From: an uncultured virus (IMG/VR IMGVR_UViG_3300042901_000675)
Taxonomy: Duplodnaviria > Heunggongvirae > Uroviricota > Caudoviricetes
Reading direction: 5' to 3' (one strand)
Virus record (IMG/VR): IMGVR_UViG_3300042901_000675
Length of the DNA stretch: 64,000 nt
Under the pieces are notes generated by a model. It was not told the DNA's origin, did not search any database, and saw only the letters and a program-made list of their open reading frames with translations. The position numbers and the translations under genes are program-made. Shown one piece after another: positions 27,441-37,237 of this stretch. Position 1 is the stretch's first letter, and every line of letters starts with the position of its first letter.

Positions 27441-28103
27441 ATGTTTGGACACTATTACAACGAAAATTTAAGAAAACTTGTAGTTGGTTTTGGTTCGCTG
27501 TTTAGTAAGATTGAAGTTGCTCGTATTGAACCAGACACATCTACCAGTTTTAATATTCGTGTTCCCATTCACTATTCGCCTCAAGAAAAGTTTATTCAGC
27601 GTTTATTACAACCATCTTCTATAACTGATGGAACTCGTATTGAAACTCAATTACCAATTATAAGTTATATTATTAATACCATTGTTCCGGATCCTACTCG
27701 CCGGTTAAATCGTATTGCCCCAATTTTGAATTTAACAAATGTTAATGGATCATGTCAATCTTCTGGAACTCAAATTGGATCTAAGATTCCAGTAAATGTA
27801 TCATTTAATTTGTTTGTTTACACCAGACACACAGATGATATGTTACAAATTGTAGAACAAATTATGCCCTATTTTGTTCCAGAACATATTATAACAATGA
27901 ATATGAATGAAACACAACAAGATGTTCAAATACCAATTGTTATGGTAACAAATAGTTTAACTGAAAAATATGAAGGTGATCTAAGTAGTAGAAGATTAAA
28001 TATTGCATCATTTCAATTTGTAGCAAAATCTTGGATCTTTGGTGAAATAAAGACGGCAACGGCGGTTACTACAGCCAACAGTGGTGTAGTTTTTGAAGAT
28101 TAA
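27441..28103 (+). CDS. gp15: Tail sheath stabiliser/terminator
   Basis: MFGHYYNENLRKLVVGFGSLF, VPIHYSPQEKF, QIVEQIMPYF. Confidence 0.93.
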   Translation: MFGHYYNENLRKLVVGFGSLFSKIEVARIEPDTSTSFNIRVPIHYSPQEKFIQRLLQPSSITDGTRIETQLPIISYIINTIVPDPTRRLNRIAPILNLTNVNGSCQSSGTQIGSKIPVNVSFNLFVYTRHTDDMLQIVEQIMPYFVPEHIITMNMNETQQDVQIPIVMVTNSLTEKYEGDLSSRRLNIASFQFVAKSWIFGEIKTATAVTTANSGVVFED

Positions 28104-28105
28104 AT

Positions 28106-28552
28106 ATGAAAATTAATAAAAATTTAGTTAAGTTGTTTGATGTTCCTGATACTGCAATAATTGCAGAACCAAAGGCAGCATCTGGTGGTACGTTTGACAA
28201 TAATAATTTTCAAAAAGATTATGAGTTTGTTCAATCAAATTTAAAAGATTTATTGGGCAATGGAAATATAGCATTAGAAAGTGCATTGAAAGTTGCTACC
28301 GAATCTGATAGCCCAAGAGCATTTGAAGTGGTTGCCATTCTATTAAAAACTATGGCAGATCTTAATAATAATGTTTTAGATGTTCATAAGAAAGCCAAAG
28401 ATACTACCGCATCTAATACTAAAATTTCACAAACAAATAATTCAGTTTTTGTTGGATCGACCAAGGATCTTCAGAACCTCTTAAATAAAGATAGAAGCAC
28501 CGATAAAGTAATCGAAGCAGAGGTTGTGAATAATGAGTCTAAACAACGGTAA
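28106..28552 (+). CDS. gp16: Terminase small subunit
   Basis: DYEFVQSNL, SPRAFEV, TNNSVFVGSTKDLQ. Confidence 0.92.
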   Translation: MKINKNLVKLFDVPDTAIIAEPKAASGGTFDNNNFQKDYEFVQSNLKDLLGNGNIALESALKVATESDSPRAFEVVAILLKTMADLNNNVLDVHKKAKDTTASNTKISQTNNSVFVGSTKDLQNLLNKDRSTDKVIEAEVVNNESKQR

Positions 28553-30188
28553 TCAAGGTTATAGAAATAACCCAAAACTAAAGCCACCCGGCATTGATAT
28601 TCAGTATACTAAAGAGCAACTGGAAGAATATGTCAAGTGTGCTAATGATCCTGTATATTTTTGTAGTAAATATGTAAAAGTTAAAACTCTTGATAAAGGT
28701 ATCATGCCTTTCAAATTGTATGATTACCAGGAAGAATTTGTAAAACAGATTCACCAAAATCGTTTTGTTATCTCAAAATGGCCTCGGCAGTCTGGAAAGT
28801 CTACTTCGGTTATTGGATATATTTGCCATTATGTTACTTTTAACCAAAGCGTAAATGTTGCTATTCTTGCCAATAAGTTAAAGACAGCAAAGGATGAATT
28901 GTTTGCTAAACTTCAATTAGCATATGAAAACCTACCACATTTCTTGCAACAAGGAGTAGTAGAATGGAACAAGACGAGTTTTAAATTGGAAAACGGATCT
29001 AGAGTGGTATGTGACGCAACTTCGTCTTCAGCGATCCGTGGTGGCTCTTATAACCTATTGTTGTTAGATGAGTACGCCTTCTTACCTTCACATATTGCTG
29101 AAGAATTCTATTCTTCAACATACCCAACCATTTCGGCAGGTTTGACTACCAAACTTATCATTGTTTCAACCCCCAATGGTATGAACCATTTTCACAAATT
29201 ATGGGTTGATGCTAATAGACCTATGGGACACAAATCCAAAAATAGATTTGTACCAGTTGAAGTTGATTGGACCCAGGTTCCAATAACTCCAGGTGGTCCT
29301 AGACGAAATGCTGAATGGGCAGAAGAACAGATTGCCAATACCAGCCAAGAACAGTTTAATCAAGAGTATGGTTGTAGTTTCTTAGGATCTTCGAATACTT
29401 TGATTTCATCAACAAAGTTAAATGTTCTTGCTCCCGAAGAACCGATTTCTGAAAATGTAGAAGGTCATAGAGTCTATGAAATTCCACAACCTGATAAAAT
29501 TTATTTTTTACAAGCCGATGTATCCCGTGGACAGGGGTCTGACTATTCTGCGTTTACGGTAATCGATGGAACTAGTACCCCATATAAAGTGGTTTCCACA
29601 TATAGAAATAATACTATTAGTCCATTTAATTTTCCAACAGTTATATTTAATTCAGCAAAAGCATATAATAATGCATATGTTTTGATTGAAACAAATGACT
29701 TGGGTGGTCAAGTTTCTAATATTTTACACACCGATCTTGAATATGAAAATGTATTGATGACAAAAGTAATGGGTCGTAAAGGACAAATATTGTCTCAGGG
29801 TTTTGGTGGTGTGGGTAAAAATGAAATGGGTATAAGAACTACCGCACAAACTAAAAAAATTGGTTGTGCCATCCTTAAACGGTTAATTGAAGAAAATAAG
29901 ATCATCTTAAACGATGAGCGTATTATCGTAGAATTGATGTCATTTATTTCCAAATCCAATACATATAAGGCAGAAGACGGTCAGCATGACGATTTGGTGA
30001 TGAGTTTGGTGTTTTTTGCATGGCTAACTAGACAAGAATATTTTGCCGATTTAATCGAACAAGCTCAATTTAGTTATGAAGATGCCAAAAAACCTGAAGA
30101 TGATAATGTTTTATTCATGCCTTCCAACCATTCAGAAGATGATGAGGGCGAATATGTCCAGGATGGAGTGATTTGGTATCCTAGTTAA
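28533..30188 (+). CDS. gp17: Terminase large subunit
   Basis: PRQSGKST, LLLLDEYAF, IVSTPNG, ADVSRG, HDDLVM. Confidence 0.97.
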   Translation: MSLNNGNQGYRNNPKLKPPGIDIQYTKEQLEEYVKCANDPVYFCSKYVKVKTLDKGIMPFKLYDYQEEFVKQIHQNRFVISKWPRQSGKSTSVIGYICHYVTFNQSVNVAILANKLKTAKDELFAKLQLAYENLPHFLQQGVVEWNKTSFKLENGSRVVCDATSSSAIRGGSYNLLLLDEYAFLPSHIAEEFYSSTYPTISAGLTTKLIIVSTPNGMNHFHKLWVDANRPMGHKSKNRFVPVEVDWTQVPITPGGPRRNAEWAEEQIANTSQEQFNQEYGCSFLGSSNTLISSTKLNVLAPEEPISENVEGHRVYEIPQPDKIYFLQADVSRGQGSDYSAFTVIDGTSTPYKVVSTYRNNTISPFNFPTVIFNSAKAYNNAYVLIETNDLGGQVSNILHTDLEYENVLMTKVMGRKGQILSQGFGGVGKNEMGIRTTAQTKKIGCAILKRLIEENKIILNDERIIVELMSFISKSNTYKAEDGQHDDLVMSLVFFAWLTRQEYFADLIEQAQFSYEDAKKPEDDNVLFMPSNHSEDDEGEYVQDGVIWYPS

Positions 30189-30222
30189 AATGCTAAATAT
30201 TTTGACATCATAAGGAAAATAA

Positions 30223-31521
30223 ATGCCATCACTTAGCTCCTTTATTAACGCCAGCCAATATTCTACTGAAAGTACCACTCTTGATCTATTAGGTGGTATG
30301 AAGTTAGGTTCAACCTTTGCCGGAATCACTTTTAATGGTATTAACGGTGCAGCCGGTAATAATCCTGGTGGTTTATTTGGTTGGTTGGTATATGCTAGAG
30401 CAAACTTATATACCACCCCAAAGGGAACAACATCAGCTACCTACATTGTATATACGACACCACAAGAACTTGTTGGTGATTTAAACCAGTTGTCCGGTAT
30501 TACTTCCTGTTTAATTTCAGATCCTTCAGCTGGTGGTACATTTGGTTTTTTCCAAACTGGTGGAACAATAGATACAAAAGTTCAACTTGTACCAAGACCT
30601 GCTGGAACTGATTTTCTTCATGCAATTAATTATCTTGCATATGGTGGTACATTAGTTCTTGTTGGTGATCCGGTAGGTTTTGACAACTATATTGCAACTA
30701 CAGAAAATTATCTAGATGTTATTGTTGGTCAAGAAGCTAATACAGCACTATGCACCTGGTTGATTGACCAACCATATACAACAGGAATCTTTCCTTCTAT
30801 TCCAGATTCTAGTGGTATAACTGGTAGCGGTTACACGATGGCAAATTATGCTTCATTGTTTGGTAGTGCTTCTCTTGTAACAGGAACAACAGTTGCCAAC
30901 CGAATATTTAATGTCTACGGTGTTAAGGACATTTCAAATTTAGATACCTCTACATTGCAGTCAAATACTCAAATAACATATAAACTTCCAACTTCTACAG
31001 ATGTTGCTGGATTCTTTGCAAGAGCAAAAAACAGAAATGAATTATATCTTTCAGTTGCCGGTTTAGACAGATCAACAATCCTTAATGGAAATGTCTCAAC
31101 ATCAATAGATTGGAATGATTCACTAAAAACCACATTAAGAAATAATAAAGTAAATTTCTTTGTTAATTATAATCCAAAGTTCCTTGGTTCAGATATTGTT
31201 GGTGCAACTTCGAGCGGATTGCTTACAAGTGATAATCGAGTTGGACCATCTCGTTTGCGTTCAGCCTTAAGAAAAGATTTAGATGTAATTGGTTTGAAGT
31301 ATCTTTTTGAAATTAATAATTCTACCACCAGAGCACAAGTTACTTCGGAAATTGAAAGTGCAATTGATCCATATCTATCATTTATTGATACAACTCAAAC
31401 ACAAATTATTTGCGATAGTTCGAATAATGTTGATAATTCTGGTTCTTTAAATATGATGGTTGTAATCAAACCAATTCTAAGTATTGACAGTTTTGTAATT
31501 GATATTAACCTAACACAATAA
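30223..31521 (+). CDS. gp18: Tail sheath protein (short and divergent, 432 aa)
   Basis: AINYLAYGG, SVAGLDR, YLFEINNSTTR, ICDSSNN, IKPILSI; lies between gp17 and gp19. Confidence 0.85.
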   Translation: MPSLSSFINASQYSTESTTLDLLGGMKLGSTFAGITFNGINGAAGNNPGGLFGWLVYARANLYTTPKGTTSATYIVYTTPQELVGDLNQLSGITSCLISDPSAGGTFGFFQTGGTIDTKVQLVPRPAGTDFLHAINYLAYGGTLVLVGDPVGFDNYIATTENYLDVIVGQEANTALCTWLIDQPYTTGIFPSIPDSSGITGSGYTMANYASLFGSASLVTGTTVANRIFNVYGVKDISNLDTSTLQSNTQITYKLPTSTDVAGFFARAKNRNELYLSVAGLDRSTILNGNVSTSIDWNDSLKTTLRNNKVNFFVNYNPKFLGSDIVGATSSGLLTSDNRVGPSRLRSALRKDLDVIGLKYLFEINNSTTRAQVTSEIESAIDPYLSFIDTTQTQIICDSSNNVDNSGSLNMMVVIKPILSIDSFVIDINLTQ

Positions 31522-32063
31522 TGGCAAACAATAATTCAATAACAACTTTTAAAGAAGGTTTTTTAGGCGGCACTCGTGCCAATAGATTTGTTGTTGAACC
31601 CATTTGGCCTGTAAGTATTAATGTTCCTGCAGAAGATTCTTCATTTAAAATGATTTCTGCATCGTTACCTGCATCAACTATGAATACTATTAGTGTTCCA
31701 TATCGTGGAAGATTAATAAATTTTGCAGGTGATAGAATGTATGCACCATGGAATGTTACCATTTACGATGATAATAACACCAATAGTATATGGAAGGGTT
31801 TACACCAATGGGCAGAATTTATGGATGGTCACTATACCCATAAAGTAAAAGATAATGATTTTTCATATAAAAAATTACAAACTACTTGGAGAATGAAACA
31901 ATTAGATGCTAATGGTGAAATTTTAAAAACAATAACATTATACAAATGTTGGCCATCTGTAGTAGATGAAATAAGTTTGAATATGGCAGAGCCAGGATTT
32001 GTTGGTTTTAGTACAACTCTTACATTTGATTATATCAAAATTCAAGATGATTACAATAGTTAA
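31521..32063 (+). CDS. gp19: Tail tube protein
   Basis: GGTRANRF, VPYRGRLINFAGDR, WNVTIYDD, CWPS. Confidence 0.9.
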   Translation: MANNNSITTFKEGFLGGTRANRFVVEPIWPVSINVPAEDSSFKMISASLPASTMNTISVPYRGRLINFAGDRMYAPWNVTIYDDNNTNSIWKGLHQWAEFMDGHYTHKVKDNDFSYKKLQTTWRMKQLDANGEILKTITLYKCWPSVVDEISLNMAEPGFVGFSTTLTFDYIKIQDDYNS

Positions 32064-32075
32064 GATTAAATAACA

Positions 32076-32618
32076 ATGCTAAACGATTTTAAAAATACCT
32101 TTTTTGGTGGAACCCGTTCTAATAGATTTAGAATAGAAGGTTCGTTTCCAACAGGTGGTAAATTTACAGATTTTCATATACGTGCTGCCACCCTCCCTAG
32201 AGTTACTAGTAAAACTTTAAGTTATGATTATTTTGGTAGAAAATTTCATTATCCTGGTGAAAGAGATTATGGAACATGGAATATCACGATATGGGATGAT
32301 GTTGGAAATAATAATTTATGGGGTAAATTAAATAGATGGCAAAATTTAATTAATGATCATGATAACAATAAATCTGCTACCCCCGGAGTAGGAACTGGTT
32401 CAGTATCAAGAGAATATAAAGCGGATAATTGGAGAATACAGCACTTAGATTTAAATGGCAACGATCAACCACTCAAAGAATATATTTTACATGGCTGCTG
32501 GCCTGCTGGTATTCAACCAGTTCAAATGAATATGGGTTCTCCCAACGTGTTAAATAGTTATACTGTAATGATTGTTTTTGATTATATGGAAATCAAAAAT
32601 GTGACAAGGAGAACATAA
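32076..32618 (+). CDS. gp19: Second tail tube protein paralogue
   Basis: GGTRSNRF, YFGRKFHYPGER, WNITIWDD, GCWP. Confidence 0.85.
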   Translation: MLNDFKNTFFGGTRSNRFRIEGSFPTGGKFTDFHIRAATLPRVTSKTLSYDYFGRKFHYPGERDYGTWNITIWDDVGNNNLWGKLNRWQNLINDHDNNKSATPGVGTGSVSREYKADNWRIQHLDLNGNDQPLKEYILHGCWPAGIQPVQMNMGSPNVLNSYTVMIVFDYMEIKNVTRRT

Positions 32619-32626
32619 GGTGAATT

Positions 32627-34189
32627 ATGGAAATTGATATATTTGGATTTCAGTTTGGAAAAAAGAAAACTACCAAGGAAGATCAAAAAAATGATGCAAT
32701 GGCATCGTTTGCAGTTCCAGAAGTATTTGATGGAACTGTAACTGTTGAGGCTGGAGGTTTCTTTGGTACTGCTCTTGATTACGCAGCCACAATGCGTGAT
32801 GAAACACAGTCTATAATTCAATACCGAAATATTTCAATATATCCAGAAATTGATGCTGCTGTAGATGAGATTGTAAATGCAGCAATTGTTCCCGGTACGG
32901 ATCACACACCTGTTAAATTAGATTTATCAAAATGCCCAATTTCTGATAATATTAAAACAAAAATATATAAAGAGTTTGATACTGTAATTCACCTCTTAGA
33001 TTTTAACCATAAATCATACGAGATCTTTCGCAGATGGTACGTAGATTCAAAGTTATTTTATAACATTGTAATTGATAAGGATCTTCCTGGTCAGGGTATC
33101 CAAAGTATTGTTGCAGTCGATCCATTAAAGATTAAAAAGGTTCGTAAGTTTAAAAAGGAAATGGATAAGTATGTTCAGCAGACAAATACACCAATTCAAT
33201 TAATTAAAGAAGTTGAAGAGTATTATGTTTATACGAATAATGATAAAGAGTCACCAGTAATGACTGGTCCACAAGGACTTCATTTATCTCTTGATAGCAT
33301 TGTATATGTTCCATCTGGATTGGTTGATCTTAATACAAAACGTATTTTAGGATATTTGCATAAAGCCATCAGACCACTAAACATGTTGCGTCAAATGGAA
33401 GATGCGATGTTGGTATATCGTATTGCTCGTGCTCCAGAACGTAAAATCTTTTATGTAGACGTTGGTCAACTACCAAAAGCCAAAGCCGAACAATATATGC
33501 GGGACATGATGAGCAGATTCCGCACAAAACTTACTTACAACCAAGATACTGGTGAAGTAAGAGATGAACGAAAGATGATGTCAGTACTTGAAGATTACTG
33601 GCTTCCACGTAGAGAAGGTTCACGTGGAACTGAAATCACAACTATTCCTGGTGCACAATCAACTTCACAAATTGAAGACATTGAATACTTTAAAAAGAAA
33701 TTGTTTGCATGTTTAAATGTTCCAATTAGTCGTTTATCTGCTGAATCAACTGGTTTCAATATGGGTCGTTCTACCGAAATTACCAGAGAAGAAATTAAAT
33801 TCTATAAATTTGTTGATCGTATTCGATATCAGTTTTCTCGTTTGTTCATGGATACATTAAGAGTTCAATTGCTTCTAAAAGGTGTAATGACTCAAGAAGA
33901 TTGGGATGTTTTAAAAACCGATATTAAATTTGTATTCAACACGGATAATTATTTCTGGGATCTCAAAGAATCCGAAATTCTATCCGAACGTCTTAAGATG
34001 CTTTCGTTTGTTGAACCTTACATTGGTAAATACTTCTCAACTGAGTTTGTTAAGACTGATATTCTTAAACAACTACCTGAACAACTCAAAGTTATGGAAA
34101 AACAAATGGTTGTTGACAGACAAAGAATTGCACAGGAACAGGCAGCAATGGCAGCACAACAAGCAGCCCAAGAAGGTGGACAGCAGTAA
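32627..34189 (+). CDS. gp20: Portal protein
   Basis: RRWYVD, YLHKAI, YRIARAPERKIFYVDVG, EDYWLPRREG. Confidence 0.97.
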   Translation: MEIDIFGFQFGKKKTTKEDQKNDAMASFAVPEVFDGTVTVEAGGFFGTALDYAATMRDETQSIIQYRNISIYPEIDAAVDEIVNAAIVPGTDHTPVKLDLSKCPISDNIKTKIYKEFDTVIHLLDFNHKSYEIFRRWYVDSKLFYNIVIDKDLPGQGIQSIVAVDPLKIKKVRKFKKEMDKYVQQTNTPIQLIKEVEEYYVYTNNDKESPVMTGPQGLHLSLDSIVYVPSGLVDLNTKRILGYLHKAIRPLNMLRQMEDAMLVYRIARAPERKIFYVDVGQLPKAKAEQYMRDMMSRFRTKLTYNQDTGEVRDERKMMSVLEDYWLPRREGSRGTEITTIPGAQSTSQIEDIEYFKKKLFACLNVPISRLSAESTGFNMGRSTEITREEIKFYKFVDRIRYQFSRLFMDTLRVQLLLKGVMTQEDWDVLKTDIKFVFNTDNYFWDLKESEILSERLKMLSFVEPYIGKYFSTEFVKTDILKQLPEQLKVMEKQMVVDRQRIAQEQAAMAAQQAAQEGGQQ

Positions 34190-34195
34190 GATTCC

Positions 34196-34606
34196 ATGAA
34201 TAATACTAAATTATTATTAAAATCAGGAATAGAGAACATCATTTTTAAAAATGATGAAAGCTTTAAGCAAAGTATAATTAAAGTTTTGTCCACCAAATTG
34301 AACGAAACTATTAAAGAAACTGAATTACTAGTATCAAAATCATTGTTATACAGAGAGTCGGTTACTCCAGAAAATTCTACGTTAAATGAATTTGTAGACT
34401 TTGTAACTAACTTTAAACCCGGAAATTATAAGTTTCAAAGTGGTTCAAATATAAATATTACTGATTCAGATATAATACATATTAAAAATTTATTTGAATC
34501 ATTGAATGTTAAAAATAGAGAACGTATGGTTTCCGAATTATTTACTGATGGTACGACATTTAAGCAACATTTAACATTTTCACAGAAGGTAAGAAATTTA
34601 TTATGA
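34196..34606 (+). CDS. Prohead core-like protein
   Basis: Position between portal and protease; LFESLN..NRERM pattern. Confidence 0.55.
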   Translation: MNNTKLLLKSGIENIIFKNDESFKQSIIKVLSTKLNETIKETELLVSKSLLYRESVTPENSTLNEFVDFVTNFKPGNYKFQSGSNINITDSDIIHIKNLFESLNVKNRERMVSELFTDGTTFKQHLTFSQKVRNLL

Positions 34607-34767
34607 AAAACAATATCCGTCAAATGCTCAAGACCGTAGTAGAAGAAAATGCTGTTGCATTCAAAGAACAAGCCACTAAAGTCCTCTATGGCAAAGTTGG
34701 AACCCGACTACAAGAACAATATAAAGTCATTGCTAAAGATTTTCTTGGAAAGAAAGAACCTAAATGA
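34603..34767 (+). CDS. Small prohead core protein (gp67-like, 54 aa)
   Basis: Below the track cutoff; ATGA overlaps at both ends; MKNNIRQML...AFKEQ...LYGKV...IAKDFL. Confidence 0.65.
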   Translation: MKNNIRQMLKTVVEENAVAFKEQATKVLYGKVGTRLQEQYKVIAKDFLGKKEPK

Positions 34768-35411
34768 AGCTGATTACCGAATTAACTGAAGATATAAAGT
34801 ATATCAAAGAGAATGCTGGCAATGGAGATAAACATTACTTCATTGAAGGTATTTTTATGCAATCTGGTGTAAAGAACCGCAATGGTCGTGTATACCCACA
34901 AGGAACCCTTGCCAAGGAGACCAACCGTTATATTACCGAATATGTAAATAAAGGTCGTGCTCTCGGTGAACTAAATCACCCAACTGGACCTACCGTAAAC
35001 TTGGATAGAGTATCACATATTATCAAAGAACTCCATGAAGATGGTAATTCTATCTGTGGTAAAGCAAAAATTTTAGATACTCCAATGGGAAAGATTGTAA
35101 AGAATCTTATTGATGAGGGTGCACAATTAGGTGTATCTACTCGTGGTATGGGTTCTTTAAAGTCCAAAAATGGATATCAAGAAGTACAAGAAGACTTTAT
35201 GCTTGCTGCTGTTGATATTGTTGCAGATCCATCTGCTCCACATGCTTTCGTAAATGGAATCATGGAAGGACGTGAATGGATGCTTGTCGAAGGATCGTGG
35301 CAAGAGCGTCAAATCGATGCAGCAAGAAAACTTATTACTGGTTCGTCAAGCCGAAATCTAAACAAAAATATTGTCAAAGTATTTGAAGAATATTTTAATA
35401 AACTTAAATGA
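34764..35411 (+). CDS. gp21: Prohead protease
   Basis: MKLITE, NRNGRVYP, ALGELNHP, GVSTRGMGS, DIVADPSAP. Confidence 0.96.
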   Translation: MKLITELTEDIKYIKENAGNGDKHYFIEGIFMQSGVKNRNGRVYPQGTLAKETNRYITEYVNKGRALGELNHPTGPTVNLDRVSHIIKELHEDGNSICGKAKILDTPMGKIVKNLIDEGAQLGVSTRGMGSLKSKNGYQEVQEDFMLAAVDIVADPSAPHAFVNGIMEGREWMLVEGSWQERQIDAARKLITGSSSRNLNKNIVKVFEEYFNKLK

Positions 35412-36133
35412 ATAAAGATATTTCCCATCTTGCTCGAACTTATTTAATTGAATCGTTTAATAAACATTCAACGGGTGATTTGCATGAAGAATTCTTAAGA
35501 GAATTTGGAGAAGGTCCAAGTATAGCCGTTGATGCATATAAGAAAACAAAAGCACCCAAATTACCAAAAACTCCAACTAAAGATGTTATTCCTGTTGATC
35601 GTCATGCTCTTGATACTATGAAAGATCCTTCTAAAATTAAATTACCGTATGGTGTAGGTGGAGGTCGTGGTGGAAAAAGTGAAGGTGCAAGTGATGACGG
35701 TGATTTAGATATGGATAAAGTTTTATTTGGGGCTACAGAAAAAGATGACCTTGGTAAATATAGTGCGGTTGGGGCGTATGCTCTTGGAAGCAGTTTAGAT
35801 TGGATGGGAAAATTGTTAGGAAATAAAGCATCATCTATTGGAGGTGGTGTGCTTAAAAAAATTCCAGTTTTAAATAAAGTTCCAGGAGCAATAGACTCAC
35901 TTTTAGGTCAGGCTGCAGATATATCTGGATCAAGTTGGTTTGATGCAAATATTGGTAAGATAGGTCAAAATGCTCAAAATTTGGCAGCACAGGGAGCTGG
36001 AAGTCCATGGGTACCACTAGTTGGCTCAAAGCGTGCAGCATTTAAACCCGAGGACCCATTAGATGCAAGAAGACGTGCAGTATCACAAAGACAGTTAGAA
36101 GCACAAGAAAAAGCATACGGTATAACTCCGTAA
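35408..36133 (+). CDS. Hypothetical Gly-rich protein, possible internal head protein
   Basis: Inserted between gp21 and gp22; several I/L-x-E sites near the N-terminus. Confidence 0.6.
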   Translation: MNKDISHLARTYLIESFNKHSTGDLHEEFLREFGEGPSIAVDAYKKTKAPKLPKTPTKDVIPVDRHALDTMKDPSKIKLPYGVGGGRGGKSEGASDDGDLDMDKVLFGATEKDDLGKYSAVGAYALGSSLDWMGKLLGNKASSIGGGVLKKIPVLNKVPGAIDSLLGQAADISGSSWFDANIGKIGQNAQNLAAQGAGSPWVPLVGSKRAAFKPEDPLDARRRAVSQRQLEAQEKAYGITP

Positions 36134-36175
36134 TTTTAAAAACTACTAAATAATTAACACAAGGATTCTTTTATT

Positions 36176-37186
36176 ATGAAACAAAAAAGCAAGAAAACTA
36201 TTTCAGAAGCAGCAGCCGAAGCCATGGGTCTAGGTGGGTACCCGATGTCCAACGGTCAATCAGATTTTGATGGAACTGGTAAGGGTTCAGTCATTTCACA
36301 ACCAATTGATTTTGGTGGTGCAGCCATGGCTCAAGCCCAAGTTCCAGTTGGTGCTGGAATGGCAGCTCCAACTGCTATGGCTTCTTCATCAGAAGATGAA
36401 GATGAGACGGACGAAGATACAGAAGAAGAGGATGACGATGTGGTTGAGACCACCGAGGAAACCAAACAGGATTTCCGCAATGCTCTTGTTTCTCTTTTAG
36501 GTGAAGATGTTGACGCATCATTGGTATCACAACTAGAAGCAATCTTTGAAGCTGCTGTATCTGATCGTGTCGAGAAAACTGTTGCCAACATCGTTCAAAA
36601 TGTTGATGGTAATGTCAAGACATATCTTGATAATGTAACTGAATCACTTGTAGAGAAGGTTGATGATTATCTTGACTTTGTTGTCGAAGAGTGGATGACC
36701 GAGAATGCTGTTGCAGTTGAGCAAGGTGTTAAGACACAAATTGCAGAAAACTTCATCGGTGGTCTCAAGAATCTCTTCGAGAATCATTACATCGATGTTC
36801 CAGCAGAAAAGTATAATGTTCTTGATGAACTTTATGCTCAAAACCGTGAACTAGAAACCAAGCTCAATGAATCATTCCAATACAACATGAATCTTCGTAA
36901 AGAAGTTTCACTCACTGAGTGTGCTGGTATCTTTGTTGCCGAAACACGTGATCTCGCAGACACACAAGTTGCTAAACTACAAAATCTAATGGAAAGCGTT
37001 AATTTCAGCAATCCAGACGAATACCGCGAAAAGCTTGTTGCTATTCGTGAAAACTATCTAACCAAAGGTCGTCCAGTCGCTCGTAATGCCGAACCTGAAC
37101 AAACCTTTTCCCCCGTCAAAAATACACCAACAACCCTCGTAGAGGGATATGTTGGTGCTATCGGACGACTCAATAAAAGAGTCTAA
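36176..37186 (+). CDS. gp22: Prohead scaffold
   Basis: IFEAAV, VDDYLDFVVEEWMTEN, LKNLFENHYIDVP, IRENY. Confidence 0.93.
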   Translation: MKQKSKKTISEAAAEAMGLGGYPMSNGQSDFDGTGKGSVISQPIDFGGAAMAQAQVPVGAGMAAPTAMASSSEDEDETDEDTEEEDDDVVETTEETKQDFRNALVSLLGEDVDASLVSQLEAIFEAAVSDRVEKTVANIVQNVDGNVKTYLDNVTESLVEKVDDYLDFVVEEWMTENAVAVEQGVKTQIAENFIGGLKNLFENHYIDVPAEKYNVLDELYAQNRELETKLNESFQYNMNLRKEVSLTECAGIFVAETRDLADTQVAKLQNLMESVNFSNPDEYREKLVAIRENYLTKGRPVARNAEPEQTFSPVKNTPTTLVEGYVGAIGRLNKRV

Positions 37187-37237
37187 ACTTTTACTTTTAC
37201 TAAATAATTTTAATCAATAGGAGATTAATAACTTACC

